A DNA stretch of 63,806 nucleotides, counting the filler, from Dugesia japonica (lineage: Eukaryota): the NCBI GenBank assembly GCA_001938525.1. It is 6 parts of 6 records of this genome, joined end to end, with 100 filler letters (N's around TTAATTAATTAA, not from the genome) between each part and the next. Parts side by side here need not be neighbours in the genome. Positions count along the whole stretch, not along the records: positions 24,011 to 36,555 come from MQRL01587217.1; positions 36,656 to 46,362 come from MQRL01626367.1; 4 more parts are not named here. One strand, 5' to 3'. Shown here piece after piece: positions 24,447 to 38,019 of this stretch (within the stretch, counting starts at the first letter, position 1; each line of letters opens with the position of its first letter). The translations under genes were made by a program, and so were the position numbers. A model generated the notes under the pieces. It had not been told where the DNA came from. It made no database searches and saw nothing but the letters and a program-made list of their open reading frames with translations.

Positions 24447-24585
24447 TGAAACAATATTCAAAATATTAAATAAAATATGTCAAAACAATAAATACAAAAA
24501 ATAAATTATCCTAAATGCATGAAATAATTTGTACAATATATTCTGTTTTAATTAATGTAACATTTGTGTAAAAATTCAAAAAAAT

Positions 24586-27500
24586 TCAATTTAGTTTTCC
24601 ACCGGTTTTCTCTAATATTTGGTAAATGTTCAAAGATTCGCCTTAAATACATTTTATCAATTGTCCTTAAATAAATTCTATGTACCTCTTTGAATATTAT
24701 AGGTTTTTAGTAATCCATCTGGATTTGAGGGTGTTGCGCAATCATCTGATGGGTTTTTTCGAAGGCAATAATCAATTTCAATTTCACTGAAAAATGCAAT
24801 TGACTGGAATGACTATTATTTAATTAAATCAAAAGGAAAAATCTACTTGTGGCAAGTCATACAAATTTAGCTTTATTGAAAACACACTCCTTGTGTAGAG
24901 GTTAGCAATCTGAAGTATTAATGCCAATCTGTATTTATCCTTTTCTTGACAGAGGTAGCGAATTTCATCGTGAATAGAAATACAGAGTCTTGCATTCACT
25001 TGGTATTTCTCAATTAATGTTTTAGTGAATGTCAACAAACAGTGAAGGTAATCAACACCACTGCTCTGAACTACCCAGTTACATTTACTAGTCATAAACT
25101 AATACAAGATGGAATAAATATTGGAAATTTTCAAATTCAAAAACTTTATCATTAACTGCACGTTTTTCTAATGACTGACTAAGTCTTGCATTTAGAACTG
25201 GCGTTACAGAAACATCGGATTGAGCTATTTCTTCTAATTTGGAAAACACCTCAGATTCTATGCCATCTACCCATCGACCACGTGATCTTCGACCTTTGGT
25301 TTGTATCATAAGTTCTTTAATTTTATTATAAGCTTCTTTACGCTAAATGTTACGAACTTAAATATAAAATTTAGGCTATTTTTCAAAAATGAAATTCGCA
25401 TGTAGTAATCATAAAATTTTTAAGTAGTGCAGTAGAATCCCCATTTCATTATGAGAATCGCTTTTTGTACAGCCATTGAAATCAATTAACATTATTCCTT
25501 TTATTTATATGTGAAGGATATGCTGATAGACAACAACAAGTTGTCGAAGCTATTCGCAAGCGCCGATCTTCTAGAATTTCCTCTCTTTTTAGAAGAGAAT
25601 GATATTTCCCGTAATAGTGTTCAAAGAATTATCAAAGAAGGAACGAAACTTGTCCTCAGAAAAACCTGTCCTCTCATAAGTGAAGATCATAAATTGAAGA
25701 GTCTAAAATGGTGTCGACAGAATCGTTATAATCAATAGAATGTTAATGTTGATATAGATGAGAAGTGGTTCAAATTGTATCCTTTCCATTGGGAACGAAA
25801 TCATGATAACAGTCCGCGAAGAAAACAGCTATTACTCAGTTAAGTTAATCCACAAAAAATCATGATACTTTCAGCTATTGCTAAGCCTGATATTGGAAAT
25901 GGCTTTAATGGATTGAACGGTATTTGAAGAATTCAGAAACATGCCGAAGCCCCGAGTTCTTCTAAAAATCATAATAAGGGCGATATCTACAAAGTTGATT
26001 GCCTAATTCGGCAGATAATTTTTACGACCAGATGACCAATGAAATTATGCCAGCAATCTGCAAAAGAATGCAGTGGTGTCAGAATGTGATTATTCAAAGG
26101 GACAATGTTTGTCCTCAAGTTGGAAAGTATATTGCTGAACGCTTCAATAACTTCGGAGATAGACTTGTTCCCAGCATTATCATCATTAACCAGCCAATGC
26201 AGTCTCCAGATTTAAATGTTAACGACCTCGGCTTTTTCAATTCGCTCAATAAATGAAGTCTTAGGAATAAATCTCAAAATTTTGAAGAACTGTGATTATC
26301 ATTACAAGAGAATTTTTGGTCAACTAAGCCGGAAACTTTGAGTTCTCTTTTTGAAAGAAAATTACACATAGTGATGGCAGAAAGGATTAACTGTCACTGT
26401 ACCACATTCGCAATAATAAACTTTGTTGATCGTTTTTGTTTTATTACTGTTATAAGTATTTTTAACAAATTGGGATTTTTATGGTATGGATTAAGTATAA
26501 TATTTAATAATAATAAAAATTTTTTATATATTTTCTTTTTTAATTTAATAAAATTAATATAATTTATGATAATTATAGTTAAAAAAACTTTTACAAATTG
26601 AAAGAATTATAAAAATTTAAAAATAAAATACGAATTTAATAATTGAAAAATTCAATTCAATTAGAATTTTGAGATTAAATTTAATGTAAACTTGAAATTT
26701 GAATATAATTTAAATTTTAATAAAATATAAACAATTTTATAATAATATTCTAATATCGATTAAATCTATCAAAAAGTCACCATTTTTCTAGAAGAAGACA
26801 ATAGTCGAAAATTTGAATATCTAGAAAACAAAAATTTAATTTGATCGAATCTATTTCTTTATGTTAATGAAATATCAAACACTTAGAACACAGCTCGGAA
26901 TTCAAATAGCGAAGAATTTCTAATATTTAGAAAAGAACACGTTTCTGCTGGAAGAAAAAGAAGATCTCATTATCGATCAAATATGGGAATCAATTCCAGT
27001 CTTTTGGAAAGTATTCGAACAAGTATTAAAAGTTGATNATTTTGAAGAATGGAAAAGCGTAAAGTCAAAGACTAATAGCTGTGAACTTCGCAATCAACAT
27101 CAAATTAAGTAATAAGATATTGAGAGGAAGATGATTAATAGCAGAAAACAGATCTTTTATTTACAAGCGGAAAGAAAATGATTTGCCTACAAGAATAAAA
27201 ATTTCAAGTAGGATCAGAAATGTTATGCTTGTGATGAAGAAAAAGAAACAATATCATATGCTCTGTGCTGCTGTGACTAAGATTATGAAATTAGTTATAG
27301 TATGATATGACAAGATTTTGGATATATTATATGGGAATTTAATGAAGATTAAAAAATAGATGAAGATTATAAAAGACCAGCTTTTGTGACCATCATCTCT
27401 ATCCGGACATTCAAATAATAGATCCATTTAAGAAGAAATATATTTTCGTTGATGATTAAGTTCAACAATTATTCTCACAATAATTGTAATTATAAATTAA

Positions 27501-29105
27501 ATGTTGTTAGTTTTTGAACAAATTTTTAAAAGTGGTAAATTTTTCCTATGTTTTTGTCGGCCTAAAAAAACAGAATGGGATGAAAGATTGCATAAAACTG
27601 AAATTACATACTTCATACTCAAATAAAATTTAGGAAACATATTTTTTCAAATTAACTCAATAGATAAATTTTTTCTATAAGTTACCGCAGACCGGAATAA
27701 TGCGCGCGTGTCATAGTATATATTATAAATGTATAATAATATTTTTAATGTATTCTTGACTATTTTGCCATGGCGCCAATTAAAAGTTAATAAAATTGTA
27801 ATTATTTTTATTTACTAATGTTTTTTGGATATTTAAGTATTTAAGATGTTTAAGTATTTAAGTATTTAAGATATTTAAGTATTTAAGATGTTTAAGTATT
27901 TAAGNNNNNNNNNNNNNNNNNNNNNNNNNNNNNNNNNNNNNNNNNNNNNNNNNNNNNNNNNNNNNNNNNNNNNNNNNNNNNNNNNNNNNNNNNNNNNNNN
28001 NNNNNNNNNNNNNNNNNNNNNNNNNNNNNNNNNNNNNNNNNNNNNNNNNNNNTAAGTATTTAAGATATTTAAGTATTTAAGATATTTAAGTATTTAAGAT
28101 GTTTAAGTATTTAAGATGTTTAAGTATTTAAGATATTTAAGATGTTTAAGTATTTAAGATGTTTAAGTATTTAAGATATTTAAGTATTTAAGATGTTTAA
28201 GTATTTAAGATGTTTAAGTATTTAAGTATTTAAGTATTTAAGATGTTTAAGATGTTTAAGTATTTAAGTATTTAAGATATTTAAATATTTAAGATGTTTA
28301 AGTATTTAAGATGTTTAAGATGTTTAAGTATTTAAGATATTTAAGATGTTTAAGTATTTAAGATATTTAAATATTTAAGATGTTTAAGTATTTAAGATGT
28401 TTAAGATGTTTAAGTATTTAAGNNNNNNNNNNNNNNNNNNNNNNNNNNNNNNNNNNNNNNNNNNNNNNNNNNNNNNNNNNNNNNNNNNNNNNNNNNNNNN
28501 NNNNNNNNNNNNNNNNNNNNNNNNNNNNNNNNNNNNNNNNNNNNNNNNNNNNNNNNNNNNNNNNNNNNNNNNNNNNNNNNNNNNNNNNNNNNNNNNNNNN
28601 NNNNNNNNNNNNNNNNNNNNNNNNNNNATATTTAAGTATTTAAGATATTTAAAACCCACAGATTTCAATAGAAATTACCTCGAGTTCTGGATTGAATTTT
28701 AAGAGAGTATCTGTAGATGATCTTATCCCAGCACCGTACATTCTTGAATAATTTAGAACTTTAGCTGCATTTCGACTGATACCGATCATTTTAGAAGTTT
28801 TTGAATGAAGATCTGTGCCATCGACTTTTGAACCTTGCAAAACTAACCAACCAAATGGCGTTCCTCCGTGAACACCAGTAACTGAGTCTCCGAGTACTGA
28901 GGCGATCCACTGTTCTTGGGAATCAACATCAGCACCAACTAATACCCAACCTGGCGGTGGTTGAACCATAGCTTTTAGTTCGCTACCAATTCTATCAGAG
29001 GTAGAATTTGTTGCAGTAAGCCACAATCTTTCCACAGATCTTCTAGTTACTGTTCCTGCTACAATGACTTGAGGAATAATAGCAGATTCAGTTCTCTTAG
29101 AATCG
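24586..29105 (-). CDS. POLG: Mitochondrial DNA polymerase gamma catalytic subunit, 3' five exons (28679-29105, 25145-25342, 24847-25098, 24686-24803, 24586-24641)
   Basis: Motifs [24 protein letters not shown] (motif A), [13 protein letters not shown] (B), [22 protein letters not shown] (C), DLPQSIAFFS and [14 protein letters not shown] introns of 44, 43, 46 and ~3336 nt preserve the frame. Confidence 0.95.
25510..26360 (+). mobile_element. Decayed Tc1/mariner transposase of DD39D/DD40D type in the POLG intron
   Basis: [25 protein letters not shown] and [19 protein letters not shown]; several stops. Confidence 0.8.
26900..27450 (+). pseudogene. Non-LTR retrotransposon C-terminal (CCHC) fragment
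   Basis: [19 protein letters not shown] followed by a decayed YxxRHDxI-like segment. Confidence 0.45.
27828..28651. repeat. 8/9-bp variant microsatellite (tttaagta / tttaagatg / tttaagata)
   Basis: Directly visible, with two N gaps. Confidence 0.95.
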
Positions 29106-30099
29106 CTATATATATATAAATATGTATACAATGAGAAAATGAAAATTTTAATTTTGTTAATTATTGAATTTTTATATTATATTTCAATAATATTGTGTGG
29201 TTTTTTTAATATTAAAAAAATTTAAAAGATTGCTCATTTCCAAAAAAATTACTTAAAAATCTAGTCGGAATTCTAAATATAAAACTAATAAAATTATACA
29301 GTGGATAAATTAAATGAATTTAAAAAACACTATTTTATAAACAAATAAAATGACCAAATAATAATAATGATAATAATAATCATAACAATTGATAATTAAA
29401 TAATAATAAAAATAATTAATAACAACAAATGAAAACAAATCACTTTAATTTATTGAAAGTTTTTGTATTATGGTCTCTTAATTTGCATTTACTACAAATA
29501 TTATCGATCTTTACAATGTTAGACCTCAATTTATTACTTTTAGACCCAAATGTCATTGTGGATTAATTCAAAATTCTTTGTAATTTTCTATTAATTTAAA
29601 ATATGGTATTACAGTCAAACCTCTCAAACCCGACACTTTAAATGATTCGACTGTAAATAATGAAATTAAAACACGAAAACTTTCCTCAACAAATAAAACT
29701 TTTTGATTTTCAATATTAATATTATATAATTATTGAATTAAAGTTACATTATTAACAATAAAAATGTGTTAGTGGTTTTATTAAAATTGTGCTAGTTCTA
29801 TTGAATTACATCATTTTTATAAAAAACCTTGAATATAAATTATAACAGAATTATTTCAATTAATATACAGTTCTCAAAATTTGTCTCAATAACGTTGTTT
29901 TGTTCATTTTGGTATTTTTAAAGCAAAATGTAAACCGTAACAAAATCCACAACTTATCGTTGAAATTTAACACATTGTTGAATTTAAAATGGTTAACGCT
30001 CAAATTTATAAGTTTCTTTGATTATTTAAATAATAGTAGTTATGAATTATTTATTATATTGAAGAAATTTATGAAAATATTATTCTAAAATTTATATTC

Positions 30100-30870
30100 A
30101 CAAAATCAATACATGATTGTTTATCGAAAAATGGTAAATTGCTTCCTATCAAAGACGAAGAAAGTTTGATTTCCTTATTAAAATAAATTAATAAGTGATA
30201 AGGTTCTTGACTCTGAATTGTGTAAAAGGTGGTTGGTTCACAGTCAGCTATGTAGTATAGTCTTCCTAAGACTAATATTAGATAGATAACTTTATTAACA
30301 TATTAATTATTTTGTATTCTAAATGATTTAAACAATTAAAGAGTGTGTTGTTAAAATAAAGAAATGGATCTAAATTTTAGATTTTTTCGCAGCTTTATAA
30401 AATCCTAAATAAGTTTAGTAATAAGTCTAAAACACCAATTTAATTGTGTTCTAATCTTGTTTATAAATATGAATGTAATGCCATATACATTGAGAGACTT
30501 CCCATTATCTCTGTACAAGAATTCAGGAATATCGTCGAGTTGGTAGTGGAAGTAATATTGCAAAACATCAAATCAGTTGTAAATAAGTTATTAGTAAAAA
30601 TAATTTTAAAATTTTGCGAAGAAACTTTTAAAATTATTGGGAGAGTTATGAGTGAAGCATTGATGACTATATCAATTGATCAAAAAAATTAATGTTCAAA
30701 GAAATCATTCCAGGTCTTTATTGAGTTTTTTTTTAATTAAATTGATTTATTGGAGAGATTGAGTCAATTGATTACATAATCAGAACTTTTAAATGAATTA
30801 AATATAGTATCTGAAGATGATAGATGATCTGTCAAAAAAATGTCTATAAAAATTTATATTGATATGTTTA
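30100..30870 (+). mobile_element. Penelope-like element 3' remnant (GIY-YIG plus degenerate hammerhead)
   Basis: CSNLVYKYECNAIYI motif, and ctgaagatgatagatgatctgtcaaaa at ~30812-30838. Confidence 0.65.
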
Positions 30871-33084
30871 TTGTGAATAATCTTTATTTATTGAATTTTT
30901 TAAAAATTGAACCAAATAATACAGGCTTCAATATAGCAGTCATATATACTGCATAAATAAATGACTAGGTTGACATTTTTAAAAAATGTAAATTTATTAA
31001 TAAAATAAAATCGATATTTAAATTTGTTTTTCCAAACAAAGTTAAATAAGATTCAACTTCAATTCTGAAAATTTGCTAAATTTTAGCTTTTTGAAAAATT
31101 TAAAATTTTACTTTATTTAATATTAAATTTTATTTATTTCAATTTCTAATTTTAAAATTTTATTTTACCATTTTAAAATTTTTAAATATTTTAAAATTCA
31201 TTATTTTAGGTTAATTTATTTTTAATTTTCAAAAATCAATAGACGAATTCACAAAGTATTTAACTGTAATTAATATACAATTAGATTTCCTATATTAGGA
31301 ATGTTTTATTTTAAATAAATAAAAAAGGTTTAATTTTAATTAGTCAATTGACTTTATCTGCACTTTTCCTGCTTTTATTTCCGTAAATTTATCAATAATT
31401 AAATCACTGTCAATATTTTCGATCATGTAAAGTATTTTCCCGAATAAATTAAACTTATTGTTAAAAATTTTAGAATAATCAATAATATCTAAATTAAGTA
31501 AATTTGTAAACTACTTTTTTTAATATTTTGAATTGAGTTATATTAATGCCAATGAGTATTTTCGGCGGAATCAATTTTGATTTGGTAAAAATTTCAAGTT
31601 TGTTACACGGTGATCTTAAGAACTGTCGTTAGTTACAATCGTAAAAGGATTTTGCATAAACAGGCCCTCAATATCTAAAATAATAAAATGAATAAATTTG
31701 GTAGACTTGAAAAACACGGTGACGAAACTATGTTCAATTTTAAATTAAAAAGTCACTGGAACCGTTCACCTAATAATAAAACAGTTGTCAATAAGTATAA
31801 CAACGTTCAGGAATAATTAAACAAGAACAAAGTGAGCAGAATTGTAAGAATTTAGATAACAATGAGAAAGAGAAGAAATAAGATGTCTCAGAAACTCAAA
31901 GTAGGTGGAGGATCGAAAACGAGTAAAAGGTATAAATTAAAGAATATAATATAAATCAAGATTGAAGATAATAATTTATTTAGAGTTACCAGTTCTGCTC
32001 GAAAATCGAGAACCAGAACATTTGATAAAATTCTTGCGGATTTTTATTAGTACCTCTACGAGTCATTGGATAACATTAGATAAGACAGCGACATTGAAAT
32101 TAACAAAGACTTCCAGAACCTCAACCAAACTGTTTTAGTAATCGTAGAATGTCGCATAAATATGGTTAGAAAATTTTTAATGTATTATTAATGATAACGA
32201 GCAAAAACTATCATTCCAATTATAATTCATAAAGTTGTTGCTAATTTGAGAATTCATTTGAAAGATTTTGGTTTTTAACATGACATAGTTTACCACAAAG
32301 ATTATTTATTAATTGTTTGGAAAATGCATTGAAAGAAGCGAAGGAAATAATTACAACTTTGCCTAATTAATTTTAGTTTTCAACAATAAAGAAATATTAA
32401 AAAAAATATTTAATTTAATTAAATAGTAATGGCAATGTATAATATAAAATAGATTTTAAAAGCAGATTTAAATTTTTTGTATTGTGAAGAGGAATTTATT
32501 GAAAGCAGATTTGTTAAATATTTAAATTTGTATCATAAAATAATTTATGAAATAAATTTAAATTTGTATATCTAGGGAATGTGAAATTTATAATTTGTGT
32601 TGAATGTATTACAATTTTTGTAATTTTGCTATAATTAGTAAAATTATCAAATTTTGGATTGTCAATAAAATATTTTTTTACTGTCTTTTTAAATTTTACA
32701 TTATTGAAATTTTAAATAAAATAAAATAAAAAATATTGTCAATAGAATGTTTTCTTACTGTATTTTTAAAAGTNNNNNNNNNNNNNNNNNNNNNNNNNNN
32801 NNNNNNNNNNNNNNNNNNNNNNNNNNNNNNNNNNNNNNNNNNNNNNNNNNNNNNNNNNNNNNNNNNNNNNNNNNNNNNNNNNNNNNNNNNNNNNNNNNNN
32901 NNNNNNNNTCTATAAAATGTTTTACTGTATTTTTAAAATTTTACATTAGTAAAATTTTGAAAAATACTGATTTTTATAATTACAATTATCGCTAGAATAA
33001 TTCTTGGACTTAACCTTTGATCATATTTGAGATTTCAATAAAATAAAGAAAAAGCTTCGATAAAAATAAAATGAATTTTTATGG

Positions 33085-33125
33085 AAATTCAAATTTTCGA
33101 CACTTGTCTTCTTCAGGAATATGAT
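33085..33125 (-). ncRNA. Penelope hammerhead ribozyme motif
   Basis: CTGAAGA-A-GAC-aagt-GTC-GAAA on the minus strand. Confidence 0.6.
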
Positions 33126-33602
33126 GACTTNTTGATAGATTCAATTGGATAATATATATTTGTTACAAAATTCTTTTTATTTTATCTGAATGTTTCTCCT
33201 ATATATGTATTCTTACATAAGGTGCATGTCATTTTGTAAGTGATATTTTTTTATTGCATATTGTATTTCTACCATCACAGATGCATTTGGAACCACAAAT
33301 GTTCTGTCTTGGTTTCTGTACCCATAGGTGTATGCGTTTTAAATTAAATCTTGGATTTCAATTTTTTTCATTACATTTTGCATGATTTGGCTACATTTCT
33401 CATTAATAAAAGGTAATTTAATAATTGTGTTTGTCTTTTGTTTGATTTTATTAAATTTTGTATTCGATCATAAATACTTAGATACGATTCTATTTGGATA
33501 ACCATTATTTAGAAATTTATTTTTTTATTAACCTGAGGAAAGTCAATCTCCTTTCTTCATTTGAAGAAATTTTCTTTTTTTCATTTCTTCATTTCATACA
33601 TC

Positions 33603-35792
33603 ATATGCATGATGTAGTATTACTANNNNNNNNNNNNNNNNNNNNNNNNNNNNNNNNNNNNNNNNNNNNNNNNNNAATATATGCATGATCTAGTATTACT
33701 ACTCCAGGGTAATATATACATGTAGTAATGCTACTCCAGGGTAATATATATTCATGTAGTTTTACTACTGCAGGGTAATAAATGCATGTAGTATTGCTTC
33801 TCCAGAGTATTATATGCGTGTAGTATTACTACTCCATGGTGATATATGCATGATCTAGTATTACTACTCCAGAGTAATATATGCATGATCTAGTGTTACT
33901 ACTCCAGAGTAATATATGCATGATCTAGTATTACTACTCCAGGGTAATATATGCATGATCTAGTATTACTACTCCAGGGTATTATATGAATGATCTAGTA
34001 TTACTTATCCAGAATAATATATGCATGATCTAGTATTACTACTCCAGAGTAATATATTCATGATCTAGTATTACCACTCCAGAGTAATATATGCATGATC
34101 TAGTATTACTACTCCAGGGTAATATATGCATGATTTAGTATTACTACTCCAGGGTAATATATGCATGTAGTATTGCTACTGCAGGGTAATATATGCATGA
34201 TCTAGTATTACTACTCCAGGGTAATATATGCATGTAGTATTGCTACTCCAGGGTAATATATGCATGATCTAGTATTACTACTCCAGGGTAATATATGCAT
34301 GATCTAGTATTACTACTCCAGAGTAATATTTTTATGATCTAGTATTACTACTCCAGAGTAATATATTCATGATTTAGTATAGTACTCCAGGGTAATATAT
34401 GCATGTAGTATTGCTACTTCAGGGTAATATATGCATGATCTAGTATTACTACTCCAGGGTCATATATGCATGATCTAGTATTACTACTTCAGGGTAATAT
34501 ATGCATGTAATATTGCTACTCCAGGGTAATATATGCATGTAGTATTGCTACTCCAGGGTAATATATGCATGTAGTGGTACTACTCCAGTGTAATATATGC
34601 ATGATCTAGTATTACTACTCCAGGGTAGTATATGAATGATCTAGTATAACTACTCTAGGGTAATATATGCATGATCTAGTAATACTACTCCAGAGTAATA
34701 TATGCATGATCTAGTACTACTACTCTAGGGTAATATATGCATGTATTATTACTACTCCAGGGTAATATATGCATGATCTAGTATTACTACTCTAGAGTAA
34801 TATTTGCATGATCTAGTAATACTACTCCAATGTAATATATGCATGATCTAGTATTACTTCTCCAGGGTAATATATGCATGATCTAGTATTACTACTCCAG
34901 GGTAATATATGCATGTAGTATTACTACTCCATGGTAATATATGCATGCAGTATTGCTACTCCAGGGTAAAATATGCATGTAGTATTACTACTCCAGGGTA
35001 ATATTTGCATGTAGTATTACTACTCCAGGGTAATATATGCATGAGCTAGTATTACTACTCTAGAGTAATATATGCATGTAGTATTACTACTCCAGGGTAT
35101 TATGTGCATGTAGTATTACTACTCTAGGGTAATATATGCATGATCTAGTATTACTACTCCAGGGTAATATATGCATGTAGTATTACTACTCCANNNNNAT
35201 ATATGCATGATCTAGTATTACTACTCCAGGGTAATATATGCATGTAGTATTACTACTCCAGGGTAATATATGCGTGATGGTAGTATTACTACTCCAAGGT
35301 AATATATGCATGTAGTATTGCTACTCCAGGTTAATATATGCATGTAGTATTACTACTCAAGGGTAATATATGCATGTAGTATTACTACTCCAGGGTAATA
35401 TATGCATGTAGTATTGCTACTCTGGGGTAATATATGCATGTAGTATTACTACTCAAGGGTAATATATGCATGTAATATTACTACTCTAGGGTAATATATG
35501 CATGTAGTAATACTACTCCAGGGTTATATATGCATGATCTAGTATTAGTACTCCAAGGTAATATATGCATGCAGTATTACTACTCCAGGGTAATATATGC
35601 ATGTAGTATTGCTACTCTAGGGTAATATATGCATGTAGTATTACTACTCCAGAGTAATAAATGCATGTAGTATTGCTACTCTAGGGTAATATATGCATGT
35701 AGTATTACTTCTCCAGGGTAATATATGCATGTAGTATATCTACTTTAGGGCAATATATGCATGTAGTATTGCTACTCCAGGGTAATATATGC
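33603..35792. repeat. 32/35-bp tandem satellite, roughly 65 units
   Basis: Unit atatatgcatg(atc)tagtattactactccagggta, with periods of 32 and 35 nt. Confidence 0.97.
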
Positions 35793-36655
35793 CCACGGTG
35801 CAATGGTTTCATATACAATTGGGTAAGTAATAATTCACCAGGTTTCTTTTGGATTAAGGTGTCCAGAAAAGGAATNNNNNNNNNNNNNNNNNNNNNNNNN
35901 NNNNNNNNNNNNNNNNNNNNNNNNNNNNNNNNNNNNNNNNNNNNNNNNNNNNNNNNNNNNNNNNNNNNNNNNNNNNNNNNNNNNNNNNNNNNNNNNNNNN
36001 NNNNNNNNNNNNNNNNNNNNNNNNNNNNNNNNNNNNNNNNNNNNNNNNNNNNNNNNNNNNNNNNNNNNNNNNNNNNNNNNNNNNNNNNNNNNNNNNNNNN
36101 NNNNNNNNNNNNNNNNNNNNNNNAAAATGCTGTCAGAGAAAGTATTATATCAAAGACACAAATTAATAAGAGACTTGAAATCATTTTCAGTGATTTCGGG
36201 AATATCTGTATGTTCTTTATATCTCTCAAAGAAATCACTTACAATATCGCTGACAATTTCCGGTCCTTTAATGGGAATTGATCCATAAAGATTTGTTTTA
36301 TCCAATGAACCAAATTGATCATCTTTATTCCAGTCATAACTTTTAATTCGTTCAACAAACTCATAACTATTTTTTTATTGTTTTTTTTTGTTTATTTTAA
36401 ATTTAAAATAAAATAAACCAATAAAATTTTGACAAAATTTAAAGAATTCGGTAACAAAGATCTATTGCATTGAATATTTCGAGAAGCCAACATGTTCCTA
36501 AAGAAGACTATTGTCGAAAATTTGAACTTTTTTACAAATAAATTTTGTTTTGATCNNNNNNNNNNNNNNNNNNNNNNNNNNNNNNNNNNNNNNNNNNNNT
36601 TAATTAATTAANNNNNNNNNNNNNNNNNNNNNNNNNNNNNNNNNNNNNNNNNNNN

Positions 36656-36883
36656 CTTGGCCAAATCCCCCAAGGTATCTCAACAATAATATAATCAAGC
36701 GTTGCAAATTTCTAAAGGACTCGAAGATTGTAAAGATTGGAAAACAATATCTCATGATTTGTTTAAGTTAGAAATAGAACTAGATGTTGGAGAAATCTTT
36801 AATGTATCGTTTTTCTTAATATCATGTTTAAATTCTTTATTATAATTCAAATTAAGTTTGGATTTCTGCTCAGATGTAGTCAT
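36656..36883 (-). pseudogene. Polinton major capsid protein N-terminal fragment
   Basis: MTTSEQKSKLNLNYNKEFKHDIKKNDTLKISPTSSSISNLNKS*DIVFQSLQS; DIVFQSLQS is shared with the 38020-38510 fragment. Confidence 0.55.
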
Positions 36884-37721
36884 TTTATTAATCTTATTAT
36901 AATATTTATTTTTCTCAAATATTTTATTTAAAAACATATTAACTAATTAAATTGATTAAAATATTATATGATTACTAAAATAGAGTCCCTCGCTGGAGAC
37001 TCTAAATATAGTAACACATTTAATTTTCATTAATTATTTAAAATATATAAGTGGAAGTGAAAATTTAATTGAGTTGTACATGTTTACTAAAAATAGAGTC
37101 CCTCGCGGGAGACTTTAAATATAGTATCACGTATTATTTTCATTATTTATTTTAAATGAATAACTATTTAACAAAAATTATTGAATTGATTAATTTTAGT
37201 AAATGAAGATGGGTGTTGTTCATTTACAAATATAATTTAAACATCCTTAATTTTTAGAACACCTAAAAATATATTAATTTATTAATTTGCCATTCTATAT
37301 TTTATTTTCTATAATTTTCTATAATTTTTAATTTATTCATTGAAATTTACTGAAATAATTTATTTTTATAGTAAAATAAAAAGAAGTAAATATATGTAAC
37401 AAAATAAATATATATTTCAAAAAAAATTAAGTTCCAGAATTATATTTCCATTTCCATTTTCAGCACAAATTTAAATACGTCTAATAAATTCCTAAAAACA
37501 TTTTCATTATTATCTTAAAAATATGACACTTAAACTTGTGTCAATGTTCAATTTCATTTATGGAATAATTAAATTAATGCATTAAAACAAATAATTTAAT
37601 ATTTTATTACTAATATTTAAATAACTTTTATTATTTTTTATTAATAAATTAANTTTTTATTAATAAATTAATTTTTTATTATTATTTTGTTTTATTTATT
37701 TAAAATAATGTTATTTATTAA

Positions 37722-37946
37722 AATGTAGTAGTTGTTAAATTTGATGGATGGCACTTGTGGTGTTTTATTTGGATTTTTTCGCCGTTTTTGGCATGGTTCC
37801 ATTTATTTTATTTAATAAATTTAACTAATTTATTCAAATTTTGGGTTTTCTGTCATTAAATAGAAAAAACACACCAAAACAACTATTTTGGACAAAGTAA
37901 AAAATGTTATAGGAGTCATCCTACCCATTTAACAACTACTGGGATT
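37722..37946. mobile_element. MITE with ~25-bp TIRs flanked by TTAA
   Basis: agtagttgttaaat (37727-37740) and atttaacaactact (37927-37940); TTAA at 37718-37721 and 37947-37950. Confidence 0.6.
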
Positions 37947-38019
37947 TTAATTTGTTTGATTCAACAAATAATGATGTTATAGTTTTTATTTTGAAATAAA
38001 TTTTATGGAGTTTAATTTT

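Larger units (their letters stand above)
32990..36555 (-). mobile_element. Penelope-like retroelement (RT, GIY-YIG, 3' hammerhead, inverted 5' pLTR copy) interrupted by a satellite
   Basis: 36370-36124 encodes SLDKTNLYGSIP. 35875-35770 encodes IPFLDTLI..LYMKPLHRGHILPWSS. 33600-33190 encodes FLNNGYP, KLPFINE and NITYKMTCTLCKNTYIGET. Hammerhead core at 33095-33116; opposite-strand pLTR copy at 36440-36555. Confidence 0.85.

Noticed and set aside
28384-28702. ORFs spanning N runs (also 32747, 40611-40908, 54502, 55913-56170)
   Set aside because: They are open only because Ns hide stop codons.
3995-29105. A three-polymerase cluster (two pPolB plus POLG) as one system
   Set aside because: The three genes lie on different pieces separated by artificial linkers.
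33603-35792. CRISPR array (32-35 bp repeats)
   Set aside because: The units are directly adjacent with no unique spacers, there are no cas genes, and the context is eukaryotic.
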